Shown here: piece by piece, positions 45,781 to 59,638 of the stretch
Layout of the letters: each line of letters starts with the position of its first letter
Numbering within the stretch: the first letter of the stretch is position 1
Assembly (NCBI GenBank): GCA_964016885.1
Contig: OZ024742.1
Location: forward strand, 312,108,001-312,172,000
Reading direction: 5' to 3'
DNA from: Eledone cirrhosa
Lineage: Eukaryota
Length of the DNA stretch: 64,000 bases
The notes under the pieces: generated by a model
Told to the model about the DNA's origin: nothing
The model's input: only the letters and a program-made list of their open reading frames with translations
The model's database searches: none
Program-made: the position numbers and the translations under genes

Positions 45781-46019
45781 TATGATGATGTCTCACACAT
45801 AAACTAACTTTATGATTTATGAAGCATTGGGACCATTTAAAATCTGAAAATATAAGCATCCCAAATGCAGAAATGTTATATTGGTAACAAACGGTCCCAG
45901 AATTTGGGGACCATCTGCTATTGATATAACATCATATTAGTAGGCTGTCCCTGAATCAAATTTTCTACTATTTTTTCTATCTTCTATGTTTGGGTTCAAC
46001 GTAATATACACTATATATA

Positions 46020-46352
46020 TCATCATCATCATCATTTTACGTCCGCTTTTCCCTGCTTGCAAGGGTGGGACGGGAACTGATTCTGGCTTGATTTCTACAG
46101 CTGGATGCCCTTCCTAACACCAACCTCATTTACAGTGAGTGCTGGGTGCTTTTTTCCGTGGCGCCTACACGTCCACTTTGCAGTGGAATGATAGGGACCC
46201 CAGTCCCTATCATCTCATTTCTACAGCTGAGTAAACTGGAGCAATGTGAAATAAAGTGTCTTGCTCAAGGAAACAACACATCACTTGGTCTGAGAATTGA
46301 ACTCACAACCTTTCGATTGTAAGGCCAATGCTCTAACCACTAAGCCATGTGC
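46020..46352 (-). mobile_element. SINE-1 copy
   Basis: Reverse-complement match to 9053-9395. Confidence 0.9.
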
Positions 46353-46400
46353 TTATATATATACACTATAGATATACACACTACATATAAATATACACTA

Positions 46401-48103
46401 TTCCATTATCTGGTAGGCTCTTAGAAAACTAGGTGTTGACGAATGGCTTGTGAGAGCTATACAAGCCATGTATAAAGAAACAGTGAGCAAGGTTAGAATT
46501 AACAACGAATATAGTGAAGAGTTTAGCGTAAAAGTTGGTGTTCATCAGGGCTCTGTTCTTAGCCCCTTACTATTTATTATTGCCCTTAAGGCTATAACAG
46601 TGGAGTTCAAGACCGGCTGCCCATGGGAACTCCTATACGCAGATGATCTAATGCTCATAGCTGAATCAATGGCCGAGCTAGAGAAGAAATTCCAAACATG
46701 GAAGCATGGCCTAGAATCAAAAGGCCTTAAAATTAACCTGGCTAAGACTAAAGTTCTAGTTTGTAGGAAAGAAAATAAGGCGCCGGTCCCTTCCGGGAAA
46801 TGGCCATGCTCAGTGTATAGGAAAGGCGTAGGTAGAAACTCCATTTTATGTCCCAAATGCAAAGTATGGGTGCATAAAAGATGTAGTGGGATCACAGATA
46901 AGCTAACTAAGAACACAGATTTTACATGTGGCTGGTGCTCTGGTGCAATAAGTAGCAGCAAGTGCCCACAAAATACTAGCTCTTTCAACTGCGCAGAGGG
47001 TTCTATAGAAATAGTGGACAGCTTCCGTTACCTGGGTGACAAAATCAGCAGTGGGGGAGGGTGCTCTGAAAGTACAGTAGCTAGAGTCAGAACTGGATGG
47101 AAAAAGTTCAGAGAGCTTATACCACTATTAGCCGCTAAAGGGTTCTCCCTAAAAATGAAAGGCAGGTTGTATGATGCCTGCATACGAACAGCAATGTTGC
47201 ATGGCAGTGAGACCTGGGCATTGTGTGCAGAGGATATACGCAGACTAGAGAGGAACGAAGCTTGCATGCTCCGCTGGATGTGTAATAGTAATATACGCGA
47301 ACGGCAAAGCATAAACGAACTAAGGAAAAAATTAGAAATAAGAGGGATCAGATGTTGTTTACTCGAGAGAAGGCTACGTTGGTATGGTCACGTGATGCGC
47401 ATGAAAGACGACAGCTGTATAGCAAAGTGCAGGGCAATAAAGATAGACGGTAGCCACGAAGTAGGCAGACCCAGAAAAACCGGGGACGAGCTGATAAATT
47501 CCGACCTCACACACTTACACCTCTCCAAGACAATGTCACTGGACCGAGACCTTTAGCGGTACTCAGTAATAGAGAAGACCCGCCTTACATAAATACAAAG
47601 TAAAACCTACTACATTCAGTAGGCATCTCTAACAAAATACACCCCGGCTCCACCACCCCCACCCCATCCACACCGCCCCTTTCAATGTAAAGTTATGTTG
47701 GTGCCACAAAATCCAGGCCGAAACAAATGAGATCGTGTAGGTGTCACGACAAAAAAAACACACAGTCCACGCTGTAATGTGACCGTGTAGGCAACACGGT
47801 AAAAACCTCCCAGTCCCATACTGTAAATGTGGTTGGTGTTAGGAAGGGCATCCAACTGTAGAAAACCCGCCAGACAGTCCACGCTGTAATGTGGCCGTGT
47901 AGGCAACACGGTAAAAACCTCCCAGCCCCATACTGTAAATGTGGTTGGTGTTAGGAAGGGCATCCAACTGTAGAAAACCCGCCAGACAGTCCTATGCGAG
48001 CAAGACAACCACTCTTGCCTCAAGTGGGAAAACTCCCGTCCAAACCCATGCAAGCGTGGAACATGGACGTTAAACGTTGATGATGATGATGATGATGATG
48101 ATG
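46401..48103 (+). mobile_element. RTE LINE family A, 5'-truncated (partial RT, PHD-like finger, C-terminus, 3'UTR with an internal ~111-bp duplication)
   Basis: GVHQGSVLSPLLF, YADD, C4HC3-like motif, LRWYGHV and (TGA)n tail. ATACACTA is duplicated at 46393-46400 and 48104-48111. Confidence 0.93.
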
Positions 48104-48132
48104 ATACACTATAGATATACATATTACATATA

Positions 48133-49420
48133 CAGGGTGTGGACGATATTTGTTTGCAATTTTCAACTGTTAATTTTATGCAATATTTTTTTACTTCCGT
48201 TGTCACTCTTGTCTTCATAAAAACAGTGACTATATTTCCATTATTTATTTTCAGAATAATTGATTATGAATAATTTTGAACCTCCAAATTTGTGGAAGAG
48301 ACGCAGAGTTCTTCTTGGAATCCGCGCCGGGAGGACAAATAAGGAAATTTCAGACTTTCTCAGCGTCAGCAGGAGAATGGTGGAAAAGCTCAGAAAAGAA
48401 TTGGAAGATTCAGGATTCGACTATGAAGCAACATCAGAGAGGAAAACGCATGATCAACGATCTGACGCCTTCAGAACGTCCGAGTTCGTCGCTGAAGTTC
48501 AGGATATCATCAACAATGAACCTAGCAAGTCGATGCGTGCCATTGCAAGGGTGAAAGGCATGGATGAAAAGCTCATTAGGCTGGTGGTACATGAAGACAT
48601 TCGCTATGTTTCATACAAGATGAGGAAAGGACAATTTCTGTCAAGGGCGATGCAAGAAAAGCGACTGAAGCACGCAAAGAAGCTGTTCAACAAGTTGAAA
48701 CACCCACTGGAGCCAGACATGCAGTGGTTTTTCTCCGACGAGAAAAACCTCTGCTAAGACCAGAAGATCAACTCCCAGAACATCAGGTGGCTCGCTGTCT
48801 CATCCAAAGACGTGCCCAGAGTCATGCAGACAAAGTTTCCAGCGACAACATTGGTCTTAGGTGTCGTCAGCAGTCAAGGTGACGTCATGCCACCTCACTT
48901 CTCCCCTGAGGGCCTCAAGCTGAACACCGATGGCTACATCCGCGTTCTGAGCGAGGTAGTAAAGCCCTGGATCGACCAGATAGCTGCAGGTACGTGTGGC
49001 AGCAAGATGCAGCGCCCTGCCATACCAGCCGAAAGACCCAAGCCTGGCTGTCAGAGAACTTCGTCGACCACACTTCACCTGACATCTGGCCTCCCAGCTC
49101 GCCTGACTGCAACCCCCTCGACTTCTTTGTGTGGGGCGCAGTGGAACGAGACACCAACAGATCTAGCTGCAATACAAAAGACGATCTGAAGGCCAGGATG
49201 ACTAGTGCCTTTAGGGGCCTAAATCGGGGGACAGTGACGAAGGCCTGTTGCCGGTACCGAGGCCACCTTGAGGCCAATGGTGGGTTTATCGAGTGAGATC
49301 GAAAGAACAAGTCATGAAGACAAACTGACCCAAGTTTGATAAATATATCTTAAAAAATAAAACTACTGTGTTATTTTTTCCTAGACAGTAATCTTGTGAA
49401 CAAATATCGTCCACACCCTG
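48133..49420 (+). mobile_element. full-length Tc1/mariner transposon, DD37D (maT) family
   Basis: Perfect 22-bp TIRs CAGGGTGTGGACGATATTTGTT, TA duplication, length 1288 bp. Confidence 0.95.
48263..49296 (+). pseudogene. DD37D transposase with one stop (48755-48757) and one frameshift (~48990)
   Basis: FFSDEK, WQQDAAPCH and WPPSSPDCNPLDF motifs. There are 37 residues between the second and third catalytic Asp. Confidence 0.92.
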
Positions 49421-50159
49421 TATATACACTATACATATATATATATATACACATACATACATACACACACCCATATATATATACACACATATATACATAC
49501 ATACATACACACACACACCCATATATATACATACACACACACACCCCCATATATACACACATATATATACATACATACACACGCACACACACACCCATAT
49601 ATATATATACACATATATATATACACACACACACACCCATATATATACACATATATATATACATACATACACACACCCATATATATACACACATATATAT
49701 ATATATGCACACGCACACACACATGATGATGATGATGATATATATATATAGATGTTTCTGTTAGAATCGTCTAATTTCATGAAAACCTTAGGTAATCGAA
49801 TAATTATATTGTGTTGTTTATTATATAATTAAATAAAAAATATAAATAAAATATATATATAAATAAAATATATATATATATAAATAATATGTATATATAT
49901 ATATATATATATAAAATATATATATATAAATAAAATATATATATATAAATTAAATTATATATATATATATAAAATATATTCATTAGTTAAGCAAAACAAG
50001 ACCACAAATTTCACAAGGGAGACATTATTAAAAGATTGTCAACATATTTTTAGTTTGATGTAAGGAATGTAGAGAATAATAATAATAATATTAATAATAA
50101 TAATGTCCGTTTACAATTGTTTCGCTACTCCATATAATATAAAATATATATATATAAAA

Positions 50160-50318
50160 TGTGGTTGGTGTTAGGAAGGGCATCCAACTGTAGAAAACCT
50201 GCCAGACAGTCCTATGCGAGCAAGACAATCACTCTTGCCTCAAGTGGGAAAACCCCCGTCCAAACCCATGCAAGCGTGGAACACGGACGTTAAACGTTGA
50301 TGATGATGATGATGATGA
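50160..50318 (+). mobile_element. RTE family A 3'UTR fragment
   Basis: Matches 47940-48103. Confidence 0.88.
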
Positions 50319-50330
50319 TATATATATATA

Positions 50331-51013
50331 AAGAAAAAAAGATGAAATCGAAAATGCAACTGGAGTCTTATTTTAAAAAAAATTTATATATATATTTATT
50401 TCGTTCCTTTACCAGTTTCGCAGTTCTTCTGCTTTTCAAAAGTAGAGTTTAGATGGAGGGTCTGTGGTTTTTCTCACATCTGGCTGGTCTCTGAATGTTA
50501 CTTGTTTTATATGGAAAAAGTGGCTCGAAATACCAGGTCTTTCGAGAAGTAATTTGATTGGTTGGTCAATAATTATAATAAATTTCGCACCAGTTCGCTT
50601 TACAAAGTTCTTCAAACAAGAGGGGGGGGGGGGGGGGTGTCACAGATTGTTTTTTCATATATGAGTGTTTGGATTTCTTTTTACTTAAAAAAAAGGGGGC
50701 TCATGAAGGCTTTTTTTTAATAAACGTAATTTGATTGGTTATAAATGAAGTTATGGCTGTCATGTGAACAAGTTTTCATTAAATTTCCGCGCCCTTATTT
50801 GGAAATCCATTCTATAGCCTTTTTAGAGAATTTAATAAGTAAAATATAATGGTCAAGAGAAATTACTTAAAAAAAAAGGGGCTCACCAAATAAATATATA
50901 TATATTTTTTTAAATAAGACTCCAGTTGCATTTTCGATTTCATCTTTTTTTCTTGATACTTTCATTCGTGTAGGACACCTCGGTTATTTTTCATTTTGTA
51001 AAAAAAACCTCAC

Positions 51014-51017
<4 letters not shown>
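50331..51017 (-). mobile_element. Penelope-like pseudo-LTR fragment with inverted terminal duplication
   Basis: ~70-bp inverted repeat (50331-50401 vs 50888-50954), a minimal hammerhead motif, and insertion in a TA array. Confidence 0.6.
50407..50442 (-). ncRNA. minimal type-I hammerhead ribozyme motif (U3-A8 variant)
   Basis: Minus strand reads CUU-UUGAAAA-GCAG(AAGAA)CUGC-GAAAC(UG)GUA-AAG. Confidence 0.55.
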
Positions 51018-51063
<46 letters not shown>

Positions 51064-51079
51064 TATATATATATATAAA

Positions 51080-51119
<40 letters not shown>

Positions 51120-51372
51120 TATATATATATATAAAATATATATATATATATATAAAATACATATATATATATATATATATAAAATACATATATATAAAAT
51201 ACATATATATATATATAAAATACATATATATATATATATATATAAAATACATATATATATATATATATATAAAATACATATATATATATAAAATACAAAT
51301 ATATATATAAAATACATATATATATATAAAATACATATATATATATATATATAAAAATACATATATATATAA

Positions 51373-51411
<39 letters not shown>

Positions 51412-51487
51412 CATATATATATATATATAAAATACATATATATATATATATATAAAATACATATATATATATATATATATATATAAA

Positions 51488-51522
<35 letters not shown>

Positions 51523-51524
51523 AA

Positions 51525-51555
<31 letters not shown>

Positions 51556-51557
51556 AA

Positions 51558-51588
<31 letters not shown>

Positions 51589-51655
51589 AAATACATACAT
51601 ATATATATATATATATAAAATACATATATATATATATAAAATACATATATATATA

Positions 51656-51696
<41 letters not shown>

Positions 51697-52118
51697 TATA
51701 TATATTAAATATATATATATATATATATAAAATATATATATAAATTATATATATATATATAAAATATATATATAAATTATATATATATATAAAATATATA
51801 TATATATAAAATATATATATATATAAAATATATATATATAAAATATACATATATAAAATATACATATATAAAATATATATATATATAAAATATATATATA
51901 TATAAAATATATATATATATAAAATATATATATATAAAATATATATATATATAAAATATATATATATAAAATATATATATATAAAATATATATATATATA
52001 TAAAATATATATATATAAAATATATATATATATATAAAATATATATATATAAAATATATATATATATAAAATATATATATATATAAAATATATATATATA
52101 TAAAATATATATATATAT

Positions 52119-52252
<134 letters not shown>

Positions 52253-52299
52253 TATATATAAAATATATATATATATATAAAATATATATATATATATAT

Positions 52300-52653
52300 G
52301 GAGGCACATGGCTTAGTGGTTAGAGCATTGGTCTTGCAATCGAAAGGTTGTGAGTTCAATTCTCAGACCGGGTGATGTGTTGTCTCCTTGAGCAAGACAC
52401 TTTATTTCACATTGCTCCAGTTTACTCAGCTGTAGAAATGAGATGATAGGGACTGGGGCCCCTATCATTCCACTGCAGAGTGGTCGTGGAGGTGCCACGG
52501 CAAAAAAGCACCCAGCACTCACTGTAAATGAGGTTGGTGTTAGGAAGGGCATCCAGCTGTAGAAATCGAGCCAGAATCAGTTCCCGTCCCACCCTTGCAA
52601 GCAGGGAAAAAGCGGACGTAAAATGAAATGATGAATGATGATGATGATGATGA
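52300..52653 (+). mobile_element. SINE-1 copy
   Basis: Near-identical to 9053-9395. Confidence 0.9.
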
Positions 52654-53471
52654 TATATAAAATATATACGACGAACGAATGAAGATGTTTCTTTCGTATT
52701 CGCCTCATTCGGGAAACCTTTGGTAATGAGGTAATTATATTGTATTGATTTTTATACATTATATATATATATATAAAATATATATATATATATATATAAA
52801 ATATATATATATATAATATATCAAATATATATATATAAAATATATATATAATATATAAAATATATATATATATAAAATATATATATAAAATATATATATA
52901 TATATAAAATATATATATAATATATAAAATATATATATAATATATAAATATATATATATATATATATAAAATACATATATATATAAAATACATATATATA
53001 TATATAAAATATATATATATATATATATAAAATATATATATATATATATATAAAATACATATATATGTATATATATATATAAAATACATATATATATATA
53101 AATATATATATATTAAATATATATATATATATATATATAAATTATATATATATATCAAATATATATATATAATATATATATATAAAATATATATATATAT
53201 AAAATATATATATATATAAAATATATATATATATAAAATATATATATATATAAAATATATATATATATAAAATATATATATATATATAAAATATATATAT
53301 ATATAAAATATATATATATATAAAATATATATATATATAAAATATATATATATATATATAAAATATATATATATATATATAAAATATATATATATATATA
53401 TAAAATATATATATATATAAAATATATATATATATATATATAAAATATATATATATATAAAATATATATAT

Positions 53472-53710
53472 ATCATCATCATCATCATCATCACCGTTTT
53501 ACGTCCGTTCTTCCACGCTAGCATGGGTTAGACGGGTTGTCCTGTTGTGGGCAGTGTCTGGTCGGCTGACCATGCCTTGCTCATACAGGAACTGATCTGG
53601 CTTGATTTCTACAGCTGGATGCCCTTCCTAACACCAACCTCATTTACAGTGAGTGCTGGGTGCTTTTTCGTGGCGCCTACACGTCCACTTTACAGTGTGG
53701 GCTGGGTGCT
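53472..53710 (-). mobile_element. RTE family C 3'UTR fragment
   Basis: Reverse-complement match to ~9765-9985. Confidence 0.85.
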
Positions 53711-54037
53711 TATATATATATATAAATATAAAATATATATAAAATATATATAAAATATATATATATATATATATAAAATATATATATATAAAATATATAT
53801 ATATATATAAAATATATATATATAATATATATATATATATGTATATAAAATATATATATAATATATATATATAAAATATATATATATATATAATATATAA
53901 AATATATATATAATATATAAAATATATATATAATATATAAAATATATATATATATATAAAATATAAAATATATATATAATATATGAAATATATATATATA
54001 AAATATATATATATATATAAAATATATAAAATATATA

Positions 54038-56288
54038 TCTGAGGTGTTCAGGATTGCTAGGCAATGTGTCAAGGAAAACCGTGATATTGTCGGGGAGAAG
54101 TGTGTCCTTAATGATGATGGTATACTTGCCATCACTGACGCTGATAAGAAGGTAGCTTGGAAGTGTCACTACGAAAGCCTACTAAATGAGGAGAATAAAT
54201 GGGAGAAAGACAGTCTCCCCCACATTGACCCAATAGAGGGACCAGCAGTGTTAGTCAAAGGTAGTATAATAAGGCAATCAAAGATATGAAGACGGGTAAG
54301 GAGGCTGGGCCTACGGAAATAATTGCTGAAATGCTGAAAGCTTCTGGAACGGTGGGACATACCATGGTCACCCGGATAGTAAACCAAGTCGTACAGAATG
54401 GGGTTGTTCCGAAGGACTGGTGTAGCAGCATCATCATTAACTGCTACAAGAGTAAAGGAGATGCCCTAGATAGGAGTAACTATAGAGGCATTAAATTAAT
54501 CGACCAGGTCATGAAGGTCACAGAAAAAGTAATAGCGCAACTAATCAGAGAGAGAATTCATCTAGATGAAATGCAGTTCGGGTTTGTGTCAGGTAAAAGT
54601 ACCACAGACGCTCTTTTCATTGTACGACAACTACAGGAGAAGTACCTAGCTAAAAGTAAACCCCTATACTTAGCTGTTGTCGACTTGGAGAAAGCCTTCG
54701 ACAGAGTCCCCCGTTCCATTATCTGGTGGACTCTTAGAAAACTAGGTGTTGATGAATGGCTTGTGAGAGCTATACAAGCCATGTATAAAGAAAAAGTCAG
54801 CAAGGTTAGAATTAACAACGAATATAGTGAAGAGTTTAGCGTAAAAGTTGGTGTTCATCAGGGCTCCGTTCTTAGCCCCCTACTATTTATTATTGCCCTT
54901 CAGGCTATAACAGAGGAGTTCAAGACCGGATGCCCATGGGAACTCCTATACGCAGATGATCTAACGCTCATAGCTGAATCAATGGCCGAACTAGAGAAGA
55001 AATTCCAAACATGGAAGCATGGCCTAAAATCAAAAGGCCTTAAAATTAACCTGTCTAAGACTAAAGTTCTAGTTTGTAGGAAGGAAAGTAGGGCACTGGT
55101 CCCATCCGGGAAATGGCCATGCTCAGTGTGTAGGAAAGGAGTAGTTAGAAACTCCATTTTATGTCCCAAATGCAAAGTATGGGTGCATAAAAGATGTAGT
55201 GGGATCACAGGTAAGCTAAGAACATAGATTTTATATGTGGCCGGTGCTCTGGTGCAATAAGTAGCAGCAAGTGCCCACAGAATACTAGCTCATTCCATTG
55301 CACAGATGGTTCTATAGAAATAGTGGACAGCTTCCGTTACCTGGGTGACAAAATCAGCAGTGGAGGAGGGTGATCTGAAAGTACAGTAGCTAGAGTCAGA
55401 ACTGGAAGGAAAAAGTTCAGAGAGCTTATACCACTATTAGCCGCTAAAGGGTTCTCCTTAAAAATGAAAGGCAGGCTGTATGATGCTTGCATACGAACAG
55501 CAATGTTACATGGCAGTGAGACCTGGGCACTGTGTGCAGAGGCTATACGCAGACTGGAGAGGAACGAAGCTTGCATGCTCCGCTGGATGTGTAATAGTAA
55601 TATACGTGAACGGCAAAGCATAAACAAACTAAGGGAAAAATTAGAAATAAGAGGGATCAGATGTTTACTCGAGAGAAGACTACGTTGGTATGGTCACGTG
55701 ATGCGCATGAAAGACGACAGCTGTATAAAAAAGTGCAGGGCAATAAAAATAGACAGTAGCCATGGAGTAGGCAGACCCAGAAAAACCTGGGACAACTTGA
55801 TAAATTCCGACCTCACACACTTACACCTCTCCAAGACAATGTCACTGGATCGAGATCTTTGGCGCTACAGTAATAGAGAAGACCCGCCTTACCTAAGTAC
55901 AAAGTGAAACCTACTACAGTCAGTAGGCACCTCTAACAAAATACACCCCACCGTCCCACTACCCCCACCCCATCCACACCACCCCTTTCAATGTAAAGTT
56001 ATGTTGGTACCACAATATCCAGCCCGAAACAAATGAGGTCGTGTAGGTGTCACGACAAAAAAACACACAGTCCACGCTGTAATGTGGCCGTGTAGGTAAC
56101 ACGGTAAAAACCTCCCAGTTCCACACTGTAAATGTGGTTGGTGTTAGGAAGGGCATCCAGCCGTAGAAAACCCGCCAGACAGTCCTATGCGAGCAAGACA
56201 ACCACTCTTGCCTCAAGTGGGAAAACTCCCGTCCAAACCCATGTAAGCGTGGAATATGGACGTTAAACGATGATGATGATGATGATGA
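54038..56288 (+). mobile_element. RTE LINE family A, longest copy (complete RT domain, frameshifted)
   Basis: NYRGIKL, QFGF, DLEKAFDRV, GVHQGSVLSP, YADD, PHD-like finger, LRWYGHV. Frameshifts near 54280 and 55215, TGA near 55371. (GAT)n tail. Confidence 0.95.
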
Positions 56289-56732
56289 TATAGCAAAGTG
56301 ACTTAGATATTTTGCTGGTCAATGCATATAGAGCATGCAGAATCCTGAATTGTGCATGATATAGGTAAACAGGAAGTAGGCCATACTTAATGAATGAATA
56401 GCATAAATCAATGAAAAAAGATCAATAAATCGGATCAATAAATAGGGTGTAGGTAGGAATTTTAAACATTAGTTGTAATAATATTAGAGGCAACATGTAT
56501 GATAGAAATAATAAGAAATTTTGGTAGAAGCACAGATGTTTAGATACCTGAGAATCTGAGAATATTTCTGGTAGAAGGAAATAAGATAGTGATGTTGGTA
56601 AAGACACAGGTTATAATTCAGGTGAGAACAAACTTGATAGAATGTAATAAACTTTGATCTGTTAATAAAGACATAGCATGTAACACAACTTACAAAATAT
56701 ACTTGACAGAAAATCTCACACATATGTGTGTG

Positions 56733-56765
<33 letters not shown>

Positions 56766-57005
56766 CATCATCATCATCTTCGTTTAACGTCCATCTTCCA
56801 TGCTAGCACAGGTTAGACGGGAGTTGTCCCAGTTGAGGCAAGGTTGGTCGGGTGACCGTGTCTCGCTCATATAGGACTATCTGGCAGGTTTTCTATGGCT
56901 GGAAGCCCTTCATAACACCAATCACATTTACAGTGTGGAACTGGGAACTTTTTACCGTGTTACCTACACGGCCACATTCGGCCACATTACAGCGTGGACT
57001 GTGTG
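56766..57005 (-). mobile_element. RTE-type 3'UTR fragment
   Basis: (CAT)n, GTTTAACGTCC, GCCCTT.CATAACACCAA.CACATTTACAGTGTGG. Confidence 0.8.
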
Positions 57006-57058
57006 TGTGTTAAGTATTTCCCTAGAAAAGGTAAAGGAAAGTAGAGTGCTCTATGTAT

Positions 57059-57221
57059 AGTACATGGACACATTGGAAGAGGAAGACCGATGTTAACATA
57101 TGTTGATGCCCTAAGGACAGACACTGGTCTGTTGGAGACACAGGACATGGCAGCGATAATGAGGGACAGAGACCGCTGGAGAGAACTCGTCCATGGATCG
57201 CGGGAATTTTACCCGCCCTAG
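57059..57221 (+). mobile_element. RTE LINE 3' fragment (another family)
   Basis: Encodes HGHIGRGRPMLTYVDALRTDTGL..MRDRDRWRELV..PP* and runs into TA repeats. Confidence 0.75.
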
Positions 57222-57232
57222 ATATATATATA

Positions 57233-57585
57233 GGAAGCACATGGCTTAGTGGTAGGAGGCACATGGCTTAGTGGTTAGAGAATTGGCCTTGCAATCGAAA
57301 AGTTGTGAGTTCAATTCTCAGACCGGGTGATGTGTTGTTTCCTTGAGCAAGACACATTATTTCACATTGCTCCAGTTTACTCAGCTGTAGAAATGAGATG
57401 ATAGGGACTGGGGTCCATATCAATCCACTGTAAAGTGGACATGTAGTTGCCACGGCAAAAAAGTACCCAACACTCACTGTAAATGAGGTTGGTGTTAGGA
57501 AGGGCATCCAGCTGTAGAGATCAAGCCAGAATCAGTTCCTGTCCCACCCTTGCAAGCAGGGAAAAGCGGACGTAAAATGAAATGA
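57233..57585 (+). mobile_element. SINE-1 copy with a duplicated 22-nt head
   Basis: Begins GGAAGCACATGGCTTAGTGGTA GGAGGCACATGGCTTAGTGG. Confidence 0.9.
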
Positions 57586-57664
57586 TATATATATATATAT
57601 ATGTATGTTATATAATTGTTTCTACTTTATCTATCTTATATATAATATATAATATATATGTATA

Positions 57665-57703
<39 letters not shown>

Positions 57704-57866
57704 TATGTATAATATATATAATATATAATATATATATATATATATGTATAATATATAATATATATATCCCATGCTAGCGTGGAAGAACGGACGTAAAACG
57801 GTGATGATGATGATATGTATAATATATATAATACATATATATAATATATATATATATAATATAATA

Positions 57867-58056
57867 TAATTGTTTCTACTTTTGGCACAAGGCCATCAAT
57901 TATCCCAGTGCATTACTGGTACTTTATTTTATCGACCTCGTAAGGATGAAAGGCAAAGTCAACCTCGGCAGGATTTGAACTCAGATCGTAAAGGGACGTA
58001 ACTATGCTGGAAAGCATGGTGTCTGACCCTCTACCAATACTGCCAATCCACCGCCC
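57867..58056 (-). mobile_element. Meta-domain-like SINE
   Basis: Reverse complement of 45285-45468. Confidence 0.8.
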
Positions 58057-58077
58057 TATAATATAATATAATATAAT

Positions 58078-58217
58078 GGAGGCACATGGCCTTGCAATCG
58101 TAAATGAGGTTGGTGTTAGGAAGGGCATCCAGCTGTAGAAATCAACCAGAATCAGTTCCCGTCCCACCTTTGCAAGCAGGGAAAATCGGACGTAAAATGA
58201 AATGATGATGATGATGA
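58078..58217 (+). mobile_element. internally deleted SINE-1
   Basis: Junctions GGAGGCACATGGC|CTTGCAATCG|TAAATGAGGTTGG, then the tail. Confidence 0.8.
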
Positions 58218-58272
58218 TATATATAATATATATATATGTATATATAATGTATATATAATATATATATATATG

Positions 58273-58304
<32 letters not shown>

Positions 58305-58458
58305 AATATATATATATATATATATGTATAATATATAATATATAATATATATATATTATATATATAATATATAATACAATATATATATTTAATATATATA
58401 CATGTATAACCCATGCTAGCGTGGAAAATGGACGTTAAACGAAGATGAGATGATGATG

Positions 58459-58537
<79 letters not shown>

Positions 58538-58642
58538 ATATATATAATATATAATATATATACATATAATATATATATTATGGAATACTGTTGGCTTTTT
58601 GCTACAATATTTTCTATACCTTTCATTTATATATAATATACG

Positions 58643-58910
58643 AAGCAAATGAGATCGTGTAGGTGTCACGACAAAAAAACACACAGTCCACGCTGTAATG
58701 TGGCCGTGTAGGCAACACGGTAAAAACCTCCCAGACTCACACTGTAAATGTGGTTGGTGTTAGGAAGGGCATCCAACTGTAGAAAACCTGCCAGACAGTC
58801 CTATGCGAGCAAGACAATCACTCTTGCCTCAAGTGGGAATACTCCCGTCCAAACCCATGCAAGCGTGGAACACGGACGTTAAACGTTGATGATGATGATG
58901 ATGATGATGA
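58643..58910 (+). mobile_element. RTE family A 3'UTR fragment
   Basis: Matches 56026-56288. Confidence 0.88.
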
Positions 58911-59120
58911 TATGTATGCATATATAATATATATATTTGTATAATATATATATATATATATGTATAATATATAATATATATATGTATAATATATAATATG
59001 TATATGTATAAATATAATATATAATATATATATTATATATATATATATATATAATATATAATATATATATATATGTATAATATATAATATATATGTATAA
59101 TATATAATATATATGTACAA

Positions 59121-59638
59121 TCTACTTATATATATAACCAGCAATTTCTCTGTCTGTCTGTCTGACAGTAGAAACACGTGCGTAGAGAGAGAGTGAGAGT
59201 GAAAGAGACAGACTATGAGAGGGGGATAGCGGGAGGGAGAGAGAGTGAATAGACGCTAAAACACGTGCTACAGAAACATTACCTTCCCCTCTCCACTGAC
59301 TTTGGTCACTGAGGCCGAGGGAATCGCGCTGAGCGCGTCATAATGACGTAATGCAGACAGCCAGACATACAGACAGATATTATAAGGGCGCAACGTTATA
59401 TCTATATATCTATCTAAAAAGAAAGACTAAGAATTATATAGAGAGAACGCTAAATCGCCTAATGCAGTCCCTAGGGCATTGAAAATTTGAAATAATTTTT
59501 GCTCAAAACACTGACAGGACCATAAGTATTACATGTCTAAAGTTTGAAAACAATCGGTTGGATGGTTCTCAAGTTTTAGTGAGCTGACAGACAGACAGAC
59601 ATTCTCTGTTTTAGATATATAGGGTGGTTTTCTGCTAG
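59121..59638 (+). mobile_element. non-autonomous Helitron-like element
   Basis: A|TC start with TATATATAA and (TCTG)n, ending in CTGCTAG. Contains an inverted Helitron 5' segment. Confidence 0.6.

Noticed and set aside
52667-52760. GAAACC(TTT)GGTA hammerhead 3' half in a small hairpin (similar piece at 49752-49820)
   Set aside because: The CUGANGA core is absent. Probably tiny PLE end fragments, too short to call.
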